NCBI GenBank assembly: GCA_040767085.1
Contig: JAXGPF010000011.1
Coordinates: 128,001-192,000 of the forward strand
Origin: Kiritimatiellia bacterium
Lineage (GTDB): Bacteria; Verrucomicrobiota; Kiritimatiellia; JAAZAB01
DNA length: 64,000 nt
Reading direction: 5' to 3'
Positions 8,661 through 18,488 of this stretch are shown here, piece by piece. Numbering within the stretch: position 1 is the stretch's first letter; each line of letters opens with the position of its first letter. The position numbers and the translations under genes are program-made. The notes beneath the pieces were generated by a model that saw only the letters and a list, made by a program, of their open reading frames with translations, ran no database searches and had not been told where the DNA came from.

Positions 8661-11600
8661 TCAACCACCGGATTCCAGCAAGCGCAGGACGCGGAAGGCT
8701 TCGGCGGCGCTCCAGGCCTGGGCATCGCATCCGCGTAAAGCATGCGGGTAATCGCCATCCACGATTTCCGGGAGGTGCCCGACGCAGCCGCGCTGGATCA
8801 GGCGGCCGACGCCGCCGGCCAGCCAGGACCAGGCGGCGGAACGTCCGGCGGCGCCGTAGCGCAGGAACCACGCTTCGCAGAACGAAGGAAACAGCCAGCC
8901 CCACGCGGTGCCGTTATGGTAGGCGGGTTTGCGGCGCGTGTCTTCATCGCCCGTGTAATGCGGCCAATAGGGATGGATCGGATCGTTCAACGGCCGCCCA
9001 TCCAAGTGCACCGGCTGGGGATGGCGCACCGGACGGTCAGCCAGGCTGCGGATGGCGCCGGGCACCAGCAATTCCATGCAGGCGTCCAGCACGGCGGAAG
9101 CGGCCGCCGGATCGTCCGCCAGGCCCAGGGTCAGCGCCAGCAACTGGTTGGGGCGCAGGGCATCGTCTGGTGTCGCGCCGGCCGCCGGCGCGCCCGGGGC
9201 GGCATGACAGCAATCGCAGAAGAAGCCCCGGTCCGGATCCCAGAACAGCGCCATGAAGCTTTCACGGACTTGCCGTGCAAGTTTGCGCCAGTCGCCGGGC
9301 TGCGCCGTATGCGCCATGAAATCCAGCGCCGCCCACCATAGCGCCTGGATCTCCACCGGGTAGCCGGCGCGGGGGGTGGCGGCGGGAAAATTGGTGTCCA
9401 TCCAGGTGAAATGCGCCGGACTGAACACAAGTCCGCTGGCCGGGTCCACGCGAATGCCGTTGGCCGTGCCGCGGCGATAACTGTTCAAAATGGATATAAT
9501 CACCTCGCGCACTGTGCGTTTCCCCGCGCGTTCCGCCAACAGCGCCTGGCCGTCGGACGCCCGGCACCAATCCGCGCAGGCGATGATAAACCAAAGCGGA
9601 GCGTCCGAGGTGTCACGGTTGGCGGCATCGGCCCCGTTGATCATGTTGGGCAAGGCGCCGTCCTGCTCGAATGCGGCGAATTGGAGCAGGATGCGCCGGA
9701 CTTCATCCAACATGCCGGCGGCAATCATGCCGCGGGCGCAGATCAAGGTATCGCGCCCCCAGTCCAGAAACCAGGGATAGCCGGCAATCACGGTCTGCAA
9801 ATCGTCCCGGCGCACGATGAAGGCCCGCAACGCCTGCCGCAACACATCCGCCAGAGGCCGGGGCGCCACTACGGGATCGGCCGGCGCCGCATGTTCCATC
9901 GGAAGGGCTACGGCGGATTGATCTTCCGCCGGATCGGGAATCCAGGCCGCCAGCCGCACGGGGACATCAGCGGCCAGCGGCGCGCGGAAATATCCCGGGC
10001 TGAACAAATCCGTATGCGCCCGCAACCCGCGTTCCGCTTCCACGGGATGATGCACCATGTATTGCCACTCGGCTTCGGCATGAAATGCGCCGGGCGCCGC
10101 CCGCACATGCAATCGGCGCTCGGGATGCGGCGCGAAAATAAAGCCGCCCGCCGCCGGCTGGACCGCTGCCGGCCAGGTTTTTTCCGGGCCGGCATACGCC
10201 CGGGTATCCTCATGGAAATTGCGGTCTTCGAGGTCGGGCCGCATGACCAGGCTGACTGGCAAACTGTCCGGCAAGGGATTTTTAACCAAGGCCGCCGGCC
10301 GGCGCCGGAAAACAAGTTCCACGGCATTCCGGTTGGGGCGCATGGCCAGGGACAGAACCACTTCCACATGGCCGGCATCGCCGAACAACACCCGGAAATG
10401 CCAGCAGCCGGTTTCGCCGTCCTGCTGAAAATCGCGCAGGCTGTCCGCGCTTAGCTCGCGGGAATAACCGTGATACTCCAGCCAGGCCCGGCAGCGGCGA
10501 AACATCACCCAGCGATCCACCGGATGACGCGGATGCAGGTTGGCGGCCAGCAAGGCATCGTAACGGCTGTAAACCTTGCCCCAGTCCATTGCCGCGCGCG
10601 ACATGCCGCCGCGCCTGTTTGTCGCCAGAAAGATACGGCGCTCCCCCGCCCCGCACCGCAGGCGGGCGGGGGCCGTCACCCGGGCGCCGGCCGGCAAAAA
10701 GACCACCGGCCCATCCTCATGGCGGACGTCATCCGGCGCGTATACATCCGCCTGGATCCGGCCGGGTCGGGCGCCGGCGCAGACGCGCGGAGGCGCCAAT
10801 GCAAAAAAACCACCAGCGGCCAGCGGCAGGGCGTCTTCCTGGAAACATACACGCGGCCCCTCGGTCAGGCGGACGCGGAAGGGATGTTCCATGACGATCA
10901 ACATGCCATGGCCGGCCGGGACCATGACTTCGCGCCGGCAATCGCGCGGCGGCTGCCAGCGGACAAGGCAATCGGCCTGACCCGGCGCCAACGCGCGGCA
11001 AAAGGCGGCGGGATCGCGCGCCAACTCGCCGGCCAGGCGGTCGGGATCGCGGTCATGGATGTCGCCAAATCCGCGGAAGACCTGAAAAATTTCCAGGGCC
11101 TTGGCCCGGAGGCGCTGATGCGCCACCCGGTCGGGGATGGAGGCCGGCGCCTGCTCCGCCGCCGTCAGCCGTTCCAGCTCGTTCGGGTCGCGGGCCAGGC
11201 AAAGCGCTTCCGCCGGCGCCAATTCCAGACACAGGCTGGCGCCTTCGGTCACGGCGCGGTCAATCGGCTGGCCGGTCAGCAAGTCCACGGCGGGACGGCC
11301 CTGCACCGGGAAATCCGCCGCCGGCCAGACCAGTGTCTGCGGCTGACGGTCATCCAGGTTGATCAGCACCAGTAAAGCGCGGTCAGCCGCGGGCGGCCGG
11401 CGCAGCAGAACGATGCCGTTGGCGGCATCCTGGTTAATCAAACGCACCGCGGCGCCCGGGAAAAACGCCGGATGTATCCGCAGCAACGCCTGGAGCCGGG
11501 CAATCCAACCCACCTGGTTTTCCGCGGCGCCCCAATTCAGCGGGGCGCGGCCATGCACGTCAATCCGCTCCGTAGCCAGCCATTCCACGCCATTGGCGAA

Positions 11601-12935
11601 GGCGAAGGCGCCATTGACCGAACAGAGCGCCGCCAGCGCGGTGCGCATGCGCGCGTAAGCGGGCGAGCGCGCGGCCAGCCGGAGATTGTCGTGCGTTTCC
11701 GCGAAATGCACCATCAATCCGTTTTCCCGCGCCAGGCGCGCCGCCAGCGCCAGGTACGGCTCGACCGCCGGCCGGTCGTAATTCTGGAACAACTCCGAAT
11801 ACGCGCCATTCAGATTGGCGTTATGCATCAGGCTGACGGTATCCTCGATGCGGCCGCCCAGTCCTTCCAGCAGGAAAAACGTTTCGGGGAATTCCCGGCG
11901 CACGCGCGCCACCATGTATTCCCAGGCGGCCACCGGCACCATGTAGGCGGCATCGCAGCGGAACCCGTCCACACCGCGGCGGCACCAATACAAGAATACC
12001 TCCGCCAGATAATCCCAGAGCTCGCGGCGGCGGTGGTCCAGCTCGGTCAAGTCTTCCCAGACCGTGCCCCAGGCGCCGGGCGACCGGATGCTGCCATCCG
12101 GCTGGCGCGCCAGCCATTCGGGATGCAACGTATGGATTTTCGAAGCCCAGCCCGTATGATTGACGGCGATATCCAGCCACAGGCGCGCGTGGCGCGCGTG
12201 GACAGCGTCCACCAGCTCCAAAAATTGTTCCATGGGCGTCCGGCGCTGATCGAATTCCGCCAGGGCCGGGTCAACTTCGAAAAAATCCAAAGCGGCGTAC
12301 GGGCTCCCATACATGCCCATGCGGCCATACACCGTCGGCGCGGGGTGGATCGGCAGCAGCATCAGGATGCGGGATCCCAGCCGGCCAATGATGAAATCCA
12401 ACTCCCGGATCAAATCCCGGAACGTGCCCGAAGGCGGGAGGATGGTGTAGCCGGCCTGCGCCAGGCGCGCCTGCTCCGGGCGCGGCACGATGGCATCCGG
12501 ATCGAGCGGCCGGCCAAACTGGCGGACAAACGCATTGTAGATCAGGTTCGCGCCCGCCGCCTGCGCCGGATGCACGTTGATGGATACATTCGCCCCGGGC
12601 GGCCACAGCGGCTCCGTCCGGCCGGCAGGCAAAAAATAGGCCTTGGCTTCAAAGTGACCCGGCTCCAGCAAGGGCAGCGCCAGCCGCCAGCCCCCCGCGC
12701 CGTCAGGCAGCATGGGGATATCCCGCCAATCGCGCGCCTGGCGTTTGCGCCGGCGGAGGGTTTCCCTCAGGATTTCACGGCGGCGCAGGGCATCCCGGCC
12801 CAGATTCGTGCGCAGCCAGGCCTGCCCGGCGGCATGTGCATCCAGACGCAAGCGAAACTCGGCCACATCGCCGCAAAACTGCGCCCGGCGGGTGCCGGGC
12901 GCGGGCTGCTGGAATATAATATTGGTGTCAGGCAT
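8661..12935 (-). CDS. Glycogen debranching enzyme (alpha-amylase-like domain fused to amylo-alpha-1,6-glucosidase)
   Basis: GSPYA, DIAVNHTG, DGFRCDAAY; IAGYPWFLDWGRDTLI, FTWMDT, YHNGTAW, CDAQAWS. Confidence 0.92.
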   Translation of the reverse strand: MPDTNIIFQQPAPGTRRAQFCGDVAEFRLRLDAHAAGQAWLRTNLGRDALRRREILRETLRRRKRQARDWRDIPMLPDGAGGWRLALPLLEPGHFEAKAYFLPAGRTEPLWPPGANVSINVHPAQAAGANLIYNAFVRQFGRPLDPDAIVPRPEQARLAQAGYTILPPSGTFRDLIRELDFIIGRLGSRILMLLPIHPAPTVYGRMGMYGSPYAALDFFEVDPALAEFDQRRTPMEQFLELVDAVHARHARLWLDIAVNHTGWASKIHTLHPEWLARQPDGSIRSPGAWGTVWEDLTELDHRRRELWDYLAEVFLYWCRRGVDGFRCDAAYMVPVAAWEYMVARVRREFPETFFLLEGLGGRIEDTVSLMHNANLNGAYSELFQNYDRPAVEPYLALAARLARENGLMVHFAETHDNLRLAARSPAYARMRTALAALCSVNGAFAFANGVEWLATERIDVHGRAPLNWGAAENQVGWIARLQALLRIHPAFFPGAAVRLINQDAANGIVLLRRPPAADRALLVLINLDDRQPQTLVWPAADFPVQGRPAVDLLTGQPIDRAVTEGASLCLELAPAEALCLARDPNELERLTAAEQAPASIPDRVAHQRLRAKALEIFQVFRGFGDIHDRDPDRLAGELARDPAAFCRALAPGQADCLVRWQPPRDCRREVMVPAGHGMLIVMEHPFRVRLTEGPRVCFQEDALPLAAGGFFALAPPRVCAGARPGRIQADVYAPDDVRHEDGPVVFLPAGARVTAPARLRCGAGERRIFLATNRRGGMSRAAMDWGKVYSRYDALLAANLHPRHPVDRWVMFRRCRAWLEYHGYSRELSADSLRDFQQDGETGCWHFRVLFGDAGHVEVVLSLAMRPNRNAVELVFRRRPAALVKNPLPDSLPVSLVMRPDLEDRNFHEDTRAYAGPEKTWPAAVQPAAGGFIFAPHPERRLHVRAAPGAFHAEAEWQYMVHHPVEAERGLRAHTDLFSPGYFRAPLAADVPVRLAAWIPDPAEDQSAVALPMEHAAPADPVVAPRPLADVLRQALRAFIVRRDDLQTVIAGYPWFLDWGRDTLICARGMIAAGMLDEVRRILLQFAAFEQDGALPNMINGADAANRDTSDAPLWFIIACADWCRASDGQALLAERAGKRTVREVIISILNSYRRGTANGIRVDPASGLVFSPAHFTWMDTNFPAATPRAGYPVEIQALWWAALDFMAHTAQPGDWRKLARQVRESFMALFWDPDRGFFCDCCHAAPGAPAAGATPDDALRPNQLLALTLGLADDPAAASAVLDACMELLVPGAIRSLADRPVRHPQPVHLDGRPLNDPIHPYWPHYTGDEDTRRKPAYHNGTAWGWLFPSFCEAWFLRYGAAGRSAAWSWLAGGVGRLIQRGCVGHLPEIVDGDYPHALRGCDAQAWSAAEAFRVLRLLESGG

Positions 12936-13195
12936 GGTGTTTCAGTTTGAATTGAACGTGCGCGAATCAGCGCCGGAGGCCTGGCGGTGAAACCCCTGCA
13001 ACCTTCTGCGTAAATTATTGCATGCGGCACGGTATGTCAACGGTCTTTTGTGTTAATGTCTTTTATATCACCTGAATTTTGCACCGCGCAAGTTTGGCGC
13101 AGGGCGCGGCGCGAGGGGTGCCGCTGTATAAGTATACCGCAAACCCCCGAGCAACAAAGCCATGCGCTAAAATCGCGCGGCCGGCTGCGGGCTGT

Positions 13196-13225
13196 GCCTG
13201 CCATAGCATCCGTGCGACGGCGGGC
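13196..13225. repeat. Short palindromic element (CCGCCATAGC...GCGACGGCGG family)
   Basis: GCCTGCCATAGCATCCGTGCGACGGCGGGC resembles copies at 35730, 36740, 38573, 39060 and 49517. Confidence 0.6.
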
Positions 13226-13436
13226 GAATATTGGTGTTTCTGATCCCTATGCTGGCGTAACCATATGGGTGATAGCAGATAACTGTGCAAAAATAAATTT
13301 GCACGCTCTATGATTGCTTTAAATCATTTTAATACCAATATTCATGCAAAATTCAGGTATCAACAGTCTTTTTGAGCTACCCTGAATTCGCGATGATGCC
13401 GGGATGCCGCAGGCAATGCAGCAAGAGCGGTCCTGA

Positions 13437-13516
13437 TCCGGCGTGTTCAACTGCTGGTTGCCTGCCGGCCGTAAAAATATACTAGAATACGGGACTGACC
13501 CCTGTGCCCCCTGTGC
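13437..13516 (-). mobile_element. Y1-transposase end (GGGGTCAGTC) with decayed 5' transposase remnant
   Basis: GACTGACCCC at 13493-13502, tandem CCCCTGTGC x2; minus strand reads RQPAVEHAG, like RQPRVEYAG of the copy at 35801. Confidence 0.6.
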
Positions 13517-13524
13517 CACCGAAA

Positions 13525-15882
13525 CTAAGGCTGGCCCGCAGGCTTCGCGGGACCCAGCATCCGTTCGAGCTTTCCGGCAAGGGCGGCGGCGGCGAAAGGC
13601 TTCTGGATAAATTCGGCATCCGCCGGTGGATTCTCGCGGGCAAATACATCGCTGGTGTAGCCGGATATGAACAGGCACTTGAGGCCGGGGCGGATCGCGC
13701 GGAGTCTTCTGGCCAGTTCGACACCGTTAATGTCCGGCATGATGACGTCCGTGACCAGGGCGGCCAGGCCGCCGGCCTGGTCTTGAGCCAGGCGGAGGGC
13801 AATGGCCGGCGAGGAGGCTGGCAGCACGGTGTAGCCCAGGCGTTCCAGCATCAGCTTGCAGGTTTGGAGCATTCCCGGATCGTCCTCGACCAGAAGTATC
13901 TTTCCATGACCTTTTACGGTGGCCCCGGCCTTCGGATTCTGCTCGGGCATGGCCGCCGCATGGTGGCGCGGTATGTGGATCCGGAAGGTTGTCCCGCGGC
14001 CCGGCGTACTGTCGACATCGATGAAGCCCTTGTTCTGGGTGACGATGCCGTAAATGGTGGCCAGCCCGAGCCCCGTTCCCTTTCCCATGTCCTTGGTGGT
14101 GAAGAACGGCTCGAACAGGTGGGACCGCGCCTCTTCGCTGATGCCGCTCCCCGTATCAGCCACCGAAATGACGACATAGTCGCCCGGACTGGCGCCGGCA
14201 TGGCCGGCGCAAGCGGCGGCGTCGAGACTGATATGGCCGGTTAGGATGCTGACCCGGCCCGTTCCTGCAATGGCATCCCGCGCATTGACGCACAGGTTTG
14301 CCAGGATCTGGTCGACCTGCGAGGAGTCCATATGCACGGGCCAGAGGCCGGTTCCGGGTTTCCAGATGAGCTCGATATTCTCGCCGATGAGCCGGCGCAT
14401 CATTTTCAGCAGGCCCTCGATGGTCGTGTTCAAGTCGAGCACCTTGGGCAGGATGATCTGTTTGCGGGCAAAGGCCAGCAGTTGGCGGGTGAGGTTGGCG
14501 GAGCGTTCGGCCGCTTTCTGTATCTCCAGGAGGTTATCGTGAATCTCCTGGCCGGGTTTGGTTATGTCCAGGCACAACTCCACGTGTCCGAGGATGACGC
14601 CCAGCATATTGTTGAAGTCGTGCGCCACGCCGCCCGCGAGGCGGCCGACGGAGTCGATCTTCTGGGCCTGGATCAGTTGGGACTGCATGCGTTCGCGTTC
14701 GGCGTCAGCCTTCTTTTTATCCGTAACGTCTCGGATGATCGCGACCGTGCCTTGAGCGGGATCCTCGGGATTGATGGGGGCGGCCGTTACGATGACGTCG
14801 CGGAACACCCCGTCGCTGCGGCGCAGCCGTGTTTCCGTGGAGGCGATCCCCGCGGTCCGGAGGTTGTTGTAGAGCTCATGGCCCACCCGCTCCCATTCCT
14901 CGTCGGTCTCGTACAGCATCCGGGTTGACTTGCCAATGAGGTCCTCTTCCGGGTAGCCGAACGTCTCGCACCAGTACTTGTTGGCGCGGGCGTAAAGCCG
15001 GTTCTGCATGAGGCAGATGCCAACGGGGGCAACCTCGAACACGCTGAGGATGGTTGCCTGGCTCTGGTTCAGCGCCTCCTCCGCCTGCTTGCGGTCGGTG
15101 ATATCCAGCTCAATGCCGTCCCAGATGATATTGCCGTCGTCCAGGATCCGGGGCGCGGAGACGATGTTGTGCCAGCAGAGCCGGTCGTCGGGCAGCCTCA
15201 ACCGCACGTCGATATTGAGCTGGGAGAGGGTCTGAATGGCCGCGGATTCCGCTTCCGCCAGCAGGGCGCGGTCCTCGGGAATGACCTGGTTGTAGATCAT
15301 AGCCGGATCTGCGAGGGCCGCCTCGACGGTGCAGCCATGGAGCCGTTCCACAGCAGGGCTGACATAGGAAAACCGGCGCCCTGACCCATCGGCGCTGCAA
15401 ATGACCTGGTACACCATGCCGCGGGCGAGATTTTCATTCAGGCGTTGGAACTGTTCGGCGGTGGCGCGCAACTGCTCCTCGAATTGCTTCTGCACCGTGA
15501 TGTCGCGGTCAACCCCGATGAAGCCCGCCAGGTTGCCGCGCCCGTCAAGAATGGGGCTGCCGTTGCTTTCGAGAATCCGGTAGCCGCCATCCTTGGCCTT
15601 CCAGCGGATGATCCACCCCCGCCACCCCTGCTTGGCCGCAATGAGACCGGGCAGTCTCTGTCCCACCGTGCGCCGGTCCTCCTCATGCATGAACTCGAGG
15701 GCGTTCCTGCCGACAAACTCCGCCGGCGTGTAACCCAGGATCTCGGTGACGGCTGCCGTGGAAAACGTATGGGTGCCGGCCGGGTCGATCGCCCAGACCC
15801 ACTCGTTCGTCAGGGCGAGGAAGTGCTTGAGGTGCTCGGCGACGATGCTGCCTGGTTGTTTCCGCGTTGGCGCCTTGTCCAT
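13525..15882 (-). CDS. PAS-domain hybrid sensor histidine kinase/response regulator
   Basis: Three PAS/PAC repeats, LAGGVAHDFNN, NLCVNARDA, FFTTK..GKGTGLGL, C-terminal receiver (LLVEDD, TDVIMP). Confidence 0.95.
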   Translation of the reverse strand: MDKAPTRKQPGSIVAEHLKHFLALTNEWVWAIDPAGTHTFSTAAVTEILGYTPAEFVGRNALEFMHEEDRRTVGQRLPGLIAAKQGWRGWIIRWKAKDGGYRILESNGSPILDGRGNLAGFIGVDRDITVQKQFEEQLRATAEQFQRLNENLARGMVYQVICSADGSGRRFSYVSPAVERLHGCTVEAALADPAMIYNQVIPEDRALLAEAESAAIQTLSQLNIDVRLRLPDDRLCWHNIVSAPRILDDGNIIWDGIELDITDRKQAEEALNQSQATILSVFEVAPVGICLMQNRLYARANKYWCETFGYPEEDLIGKSTRMLYETDEEWERVGHELYNNLRTAGIASTETRLRRSDGVFRDVIVTAAPINPEDPAQGTVAIIRDVTDKKKADAERERMQSQLIQAQKIDSVGRLAGGVAHDFNNMLGVILGHVELCLDITKPGQEIHDNLLEIQKAAERSANLTRQLLAFARKQIILPKVLDLNTTIEGLLKMMRRLIGENIELIWKPGTGLWPVHMDSSQVDQILANLCVNARDAIAGTGRVSILTGHISLDAAACAGHAGASPGDYVVISVADTGSGISEEARSHLFEPFFTTKDMGKGTGLGLATIYGIVTQNKGFIDVDSTPGRGTTFRIHIPRHHAAAMPEQNPKAGATVKGHGKILLVEDDPGMLQTCKLMLERLGYTVLPASSPAIALRLAQDQAGGLAALVTDVIMPDINGVELARRLRAIRPGLKCLFISGYTSDVFARENPPADAEFIQKPFAAAALAGKLERMLGPAKPAGQP

Positions 15883-15888
15883 GACGGC

Positions 15889-15917
15889 ATATTAACGTGA
15901 CCGGTCATTATTTTCAA
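15889..15917 (-). promoter_or_regulatory. Putative sigma70 promoter, probably leaderless
   Basis: TTGAAA-17-TAATAT ending 6 nt before the ATG at 15882. Confidence 0.5.
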
Positions 15918-15930
15918 GAGAAATTACGGG

Positions 15931-16052
15931 CGTGCCGAGTCGGCACGGCTGCGTCATACGCGGAAAAGGCGGCTCGGTACGGCTTGCCCTGCATAGCTTA
16001 AGCGAAGTCCGTCAAAACCGGACGCAGCCCGCAGGGAGACTTCGCCCTACCG
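15931..16052. repeat. Composite REP-like element
   Basis: GGCTGCGTC (15947) ... GACGCAGCC (16021-16029) plus TTCGCCCTACC; related to 6587 and 52905. Confidence 0.55.
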
Positions 16053-16164
16053 GAAAATGTTCGGCGGACAGCTTGACTATTGCCGGGCCGGGATATAACA
16101 TTCGCTGAAACACGACGGAATTAGAGCGGATTAGCGGGCATGGCCCGCATGGCAGGAGCGGGAA

Positions 16165-16800
16165 ATGTTTACGGGATTGATCCAACAGGTCGGACGGCTG
16201 GCGGAAATCAAAACCGCGGCCGGCGGCGCGCGCCTGCGGATTCATGCCGTCTGGCCGGAACGCCTGGCGCCGGGCGAGAGCATTGCCGTCAATGGCGCCT
16301 GCCTGACGGCTGCCGCCGTTTACGACGATGGGTTCGCCTGCGATGTGCTCCAGGAAACGCTCCAGCGCACCAGCCTGGGCGGCAAACGGCCGGGCGCCAG
16401 GCTTAACCTGGAACGCGCCCTGCGCCTGGGCGAAGCGCTGGGCGGGCACCTGGTGGCCGGGCATGTGGACGGCACCGGCGCCGTGCGGGGCCGGCGCCCG
16501 GTGGGACGGGATATCGCGCTCCGGATCGCCTGCAGCCGCGAACTGCTGGCGGGTATGGTGCCGAAGGGTTCGATTGCCGTGGAAGGCGTCAGCCTGACCA
16601 TTGCCGGCTTGGAAGCGGACGCTTTCACAGTGCACCTGGTGCCGTTCACCCGCCGGGAGTCCACGCTGGATGAAGCGGCGGAAGGCGACCTGGTCAACCT
16701 GGAAACCGACCTGATCGGCAAATATGTGGTCCGCTATCTTGGCGGCGTTCCGCCGGCCGCTCCGTTGACGCTGGACCGGCTGCAAGCGGCGGGATTCTGA
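16165..16800 (+). CDS. ribE: Riboflavin synthase (alpha chain)
   Basis: MFTGLI, SIAVNGACLT, NLERAL, GGHLVAGHVDG, KGSIAVEGVSLT; TTGACT-17-TAACAT at 16073-16101. Confidence 0.96.
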   Translation: MFTGLIQQVGRLAEIKTAAGGARLRIHAVWPERLAPGESIAVNGACLTAAAVYDDGFACDVLQETLQRTSLGGKRPGARLNLERALRLGEALGGHLVAGHVDGTGAVRGRRPVGRDIALRIACSRELLAGMVPKGSIAVEGVSLTIAGLEADAFTVHLVPFTRRESTLDEAAEGDLVNLETDLIGKYVVRYLGGVPPAAPLTLDRLQAAGF

Positions 16801-16826
16801 CACACCGCAGGTGGCACACCTCAGGA

Positions 16827-17996
16827 CTACCGGGCATCCGCGCGGGCGGCCGCCGCCAGGCAGGGGGTTTCTTCCGGCGCTGCCCGGGCCGGCTCCGGCG
16901 CGGGCATGGCCAGCGGGCATACCGGCGCGGCGGCGGGTTGGCCGGCCGGCGCGTCCGGCACCTGCTGATACACGAAGCGCTTCCCTTCGTAATTGCGCAG
17001 CACCACCTGGCGGTCGTTTATGGATTCCACGTACTGGGGCAGCAATGGGATTTTGCCGCCGCCGCCGGGGCTGTCAATGACGAAGTGGGGCACGGCCAGC
17101 CCGGAAGTCCAGCCGCGCAGGCCTTCCTGGATGATTTCCAGTCCTTTTTCCACGCGGGTGCGGAAATGTTCGGTGCCGGCCACCATATCGGCCTGGTAGA
17201 TGTAATACGGGCGCACGCGGCATGAAAGCAGCTTGCGCATGAGGGTTTTCATCACTTCCGGATCGTCGTTCACCCCGCGCAGCAGCACGGTCTGGTTGCC
17301 CAGTTGGATGCCGGCATCGGCCAGCATGTTCAGGGCGCGCCGGGATTCCGGAGTGATTTCATCCGGGTGGTTGAAATGCACATTCATGAAAAGCGGGTGG
17401 TACCTTTTCAGGACGCGCACCAGCCGGGTGGTGATGCGCTGCGGCAGGAAGCACGGCATGCGGGTGCCGATGCGGATGATCTCCACGTGCGGAATGGAGC
17501 GTACGCCCTTGAGGATGGTATCCAGCCGGGCATCGGAAAGCATCAGCGGGTCGCCGCCGGAAATGATGACGTCGCGGATTTCGGGATGGGTCCGGATATA
17601 TTCCAGGCCGCGGGCGATGAAGCGCGGATGCATCTTGGTGAAGTCGCCCACCATGCGCTTGCGGGTGCAGAACCGGCAATAGGAGCCGCATTCATGGGAA
17701 ACCAGGAAGAGCACCCGGTCGGGATAGCGGTGCACAATCCCGGGCACGGGCGAGTCGTGGTCTTCCTCCAGCGGATCGTCCATGCCGCAGGAGTCCTGCA
17801 ACTCCCGGATATCGGGGACCACCTGCCGGTAAATCGGATCGTTCTTGGCCTTGATCAAGCCCAGGTAATAGGGATTGATGCGGATGCGGAACCGCTCAGC
17901 CAGCCGGCGCACATCCGCGACATTCAAGCCGAAAATTTCGGCTACTTCCTCCGCCGTCGTCAGGCTTTTCTGCAGCAACTTACGCCATCCTTCCAT
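16827..17996 (-). CDS. KamA-family radical SAM protein (lysine 2,3-aminomutase-like)
   Basis: HRYPDRVL, CGSYCRFCTRKR, SGGDPL, HFNHP, NQTVLLRGVND, DSPGGGGKIP. Confidence 0.93.
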   Translation of the reverse strand: MEGWRKLLQKSLTTAEEVAEIFGLNVADVRRLAERFRIRINPYYLGLIKAKNDPIYRQVVPDIRELQDSCGMDDPLEEDHDSPVPGIVHRYPDRVLFLVSHECGSYCRFCTRKRMVGDFTKMHPRFIARGLEYIRTHPEIRDVIISGGDPLMLSDARLDTILKGVRSIPHVEIIRIGTRMPCFLPQRITTRLVRVLKRYHPLFMNVHFNHPDEITPESRRALNMLADAGIQLGNQTVLLRGVNDDPEVMKTLMRKLLSCRVRPYYIYQADMVAGTEHFRTRVEKGLEIIQEGLRGWTSGLAVPHFVIDSPGGGGKIPLLPQYVESINDRQVVLRNYEGKRFVYQQVPDAPAGQPAAAPVCPLAMPAPEPARAAPEETPCLAAAARADAR

Positions 17997-18011
17997 GGCA
18001 ATCCAACCTTT

Positions 18012-18488
18012 CTATAGATATTTGCAGTAAATTACCCGGTCGTCCCCGGGCCGGTAAAAATCGCGGATTCGCGCGCATTCCGTATAGCCTGCCCGCAGAT
18101 AGAATTGCCGGGTAGGCTTATACTTGTCTTGTGAAGACGTCTCTATCACAATGACTCTCCCTTTTTTTTGTTTAACGGTGTTTTCCACCTGCGCTACCAA
18201 AGCCTTGCCGTAACCCCGGTGCTGGGCGGCCGGATGCACGGCGATCCAGTACAAATCGAAAGTGCCCTCGGTCATCGGCGTCGGGCCGTAGCAGACATAG
18301 CCCGCCGGCCGGCCGGCGTCGTCCTCCAGCACATCCACGATGTAATCGCTCTGGCAGGGCTGTTCGAGGAACGTGTCCATCAGTTCCACCGCCACCTTTT
18401 CCTCCTCGGCGGTGAACATGTCCGTGGCGCGGATCACTTCCCGCAGCGCATCGCGGTCGGCGGCATCCAGCATAGGTCGGATCAACAT
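18012..18488 (-). CDS. GNAT family N-acetyltransferase
   Basis: GYVCYGPTP, DLYWIAVHP..QHRGYG, IETSS, FYLRAGY. Confidence 0.9.
   Translation of the reverse strand: MLIRPMLDAADRDALREVIRATDMFTAEEEKVAVELMDTFLEQPCQSDYIVDVLEDDAGRPAGYVCYGPTPMTEGTFDLYWIAVHPAAQHRGYGKALVAQVENTVKQKKGRVIVIETSSQDKYKPTRQFYLRAGYTECARIRDFYRPGDDRVIYCKYL

Noticed and set aside
15918-16164. FMN riboswitch before riboflavin synthase
   Set aside because: No RFN consensus seen; the region holds REP-like repeats and a close promoter.
16827-17996. EF-P modification enzyme EpmB
   Set aside because: No efp/epmA nearby; sequence and context fit the KamA-ligase cluster.
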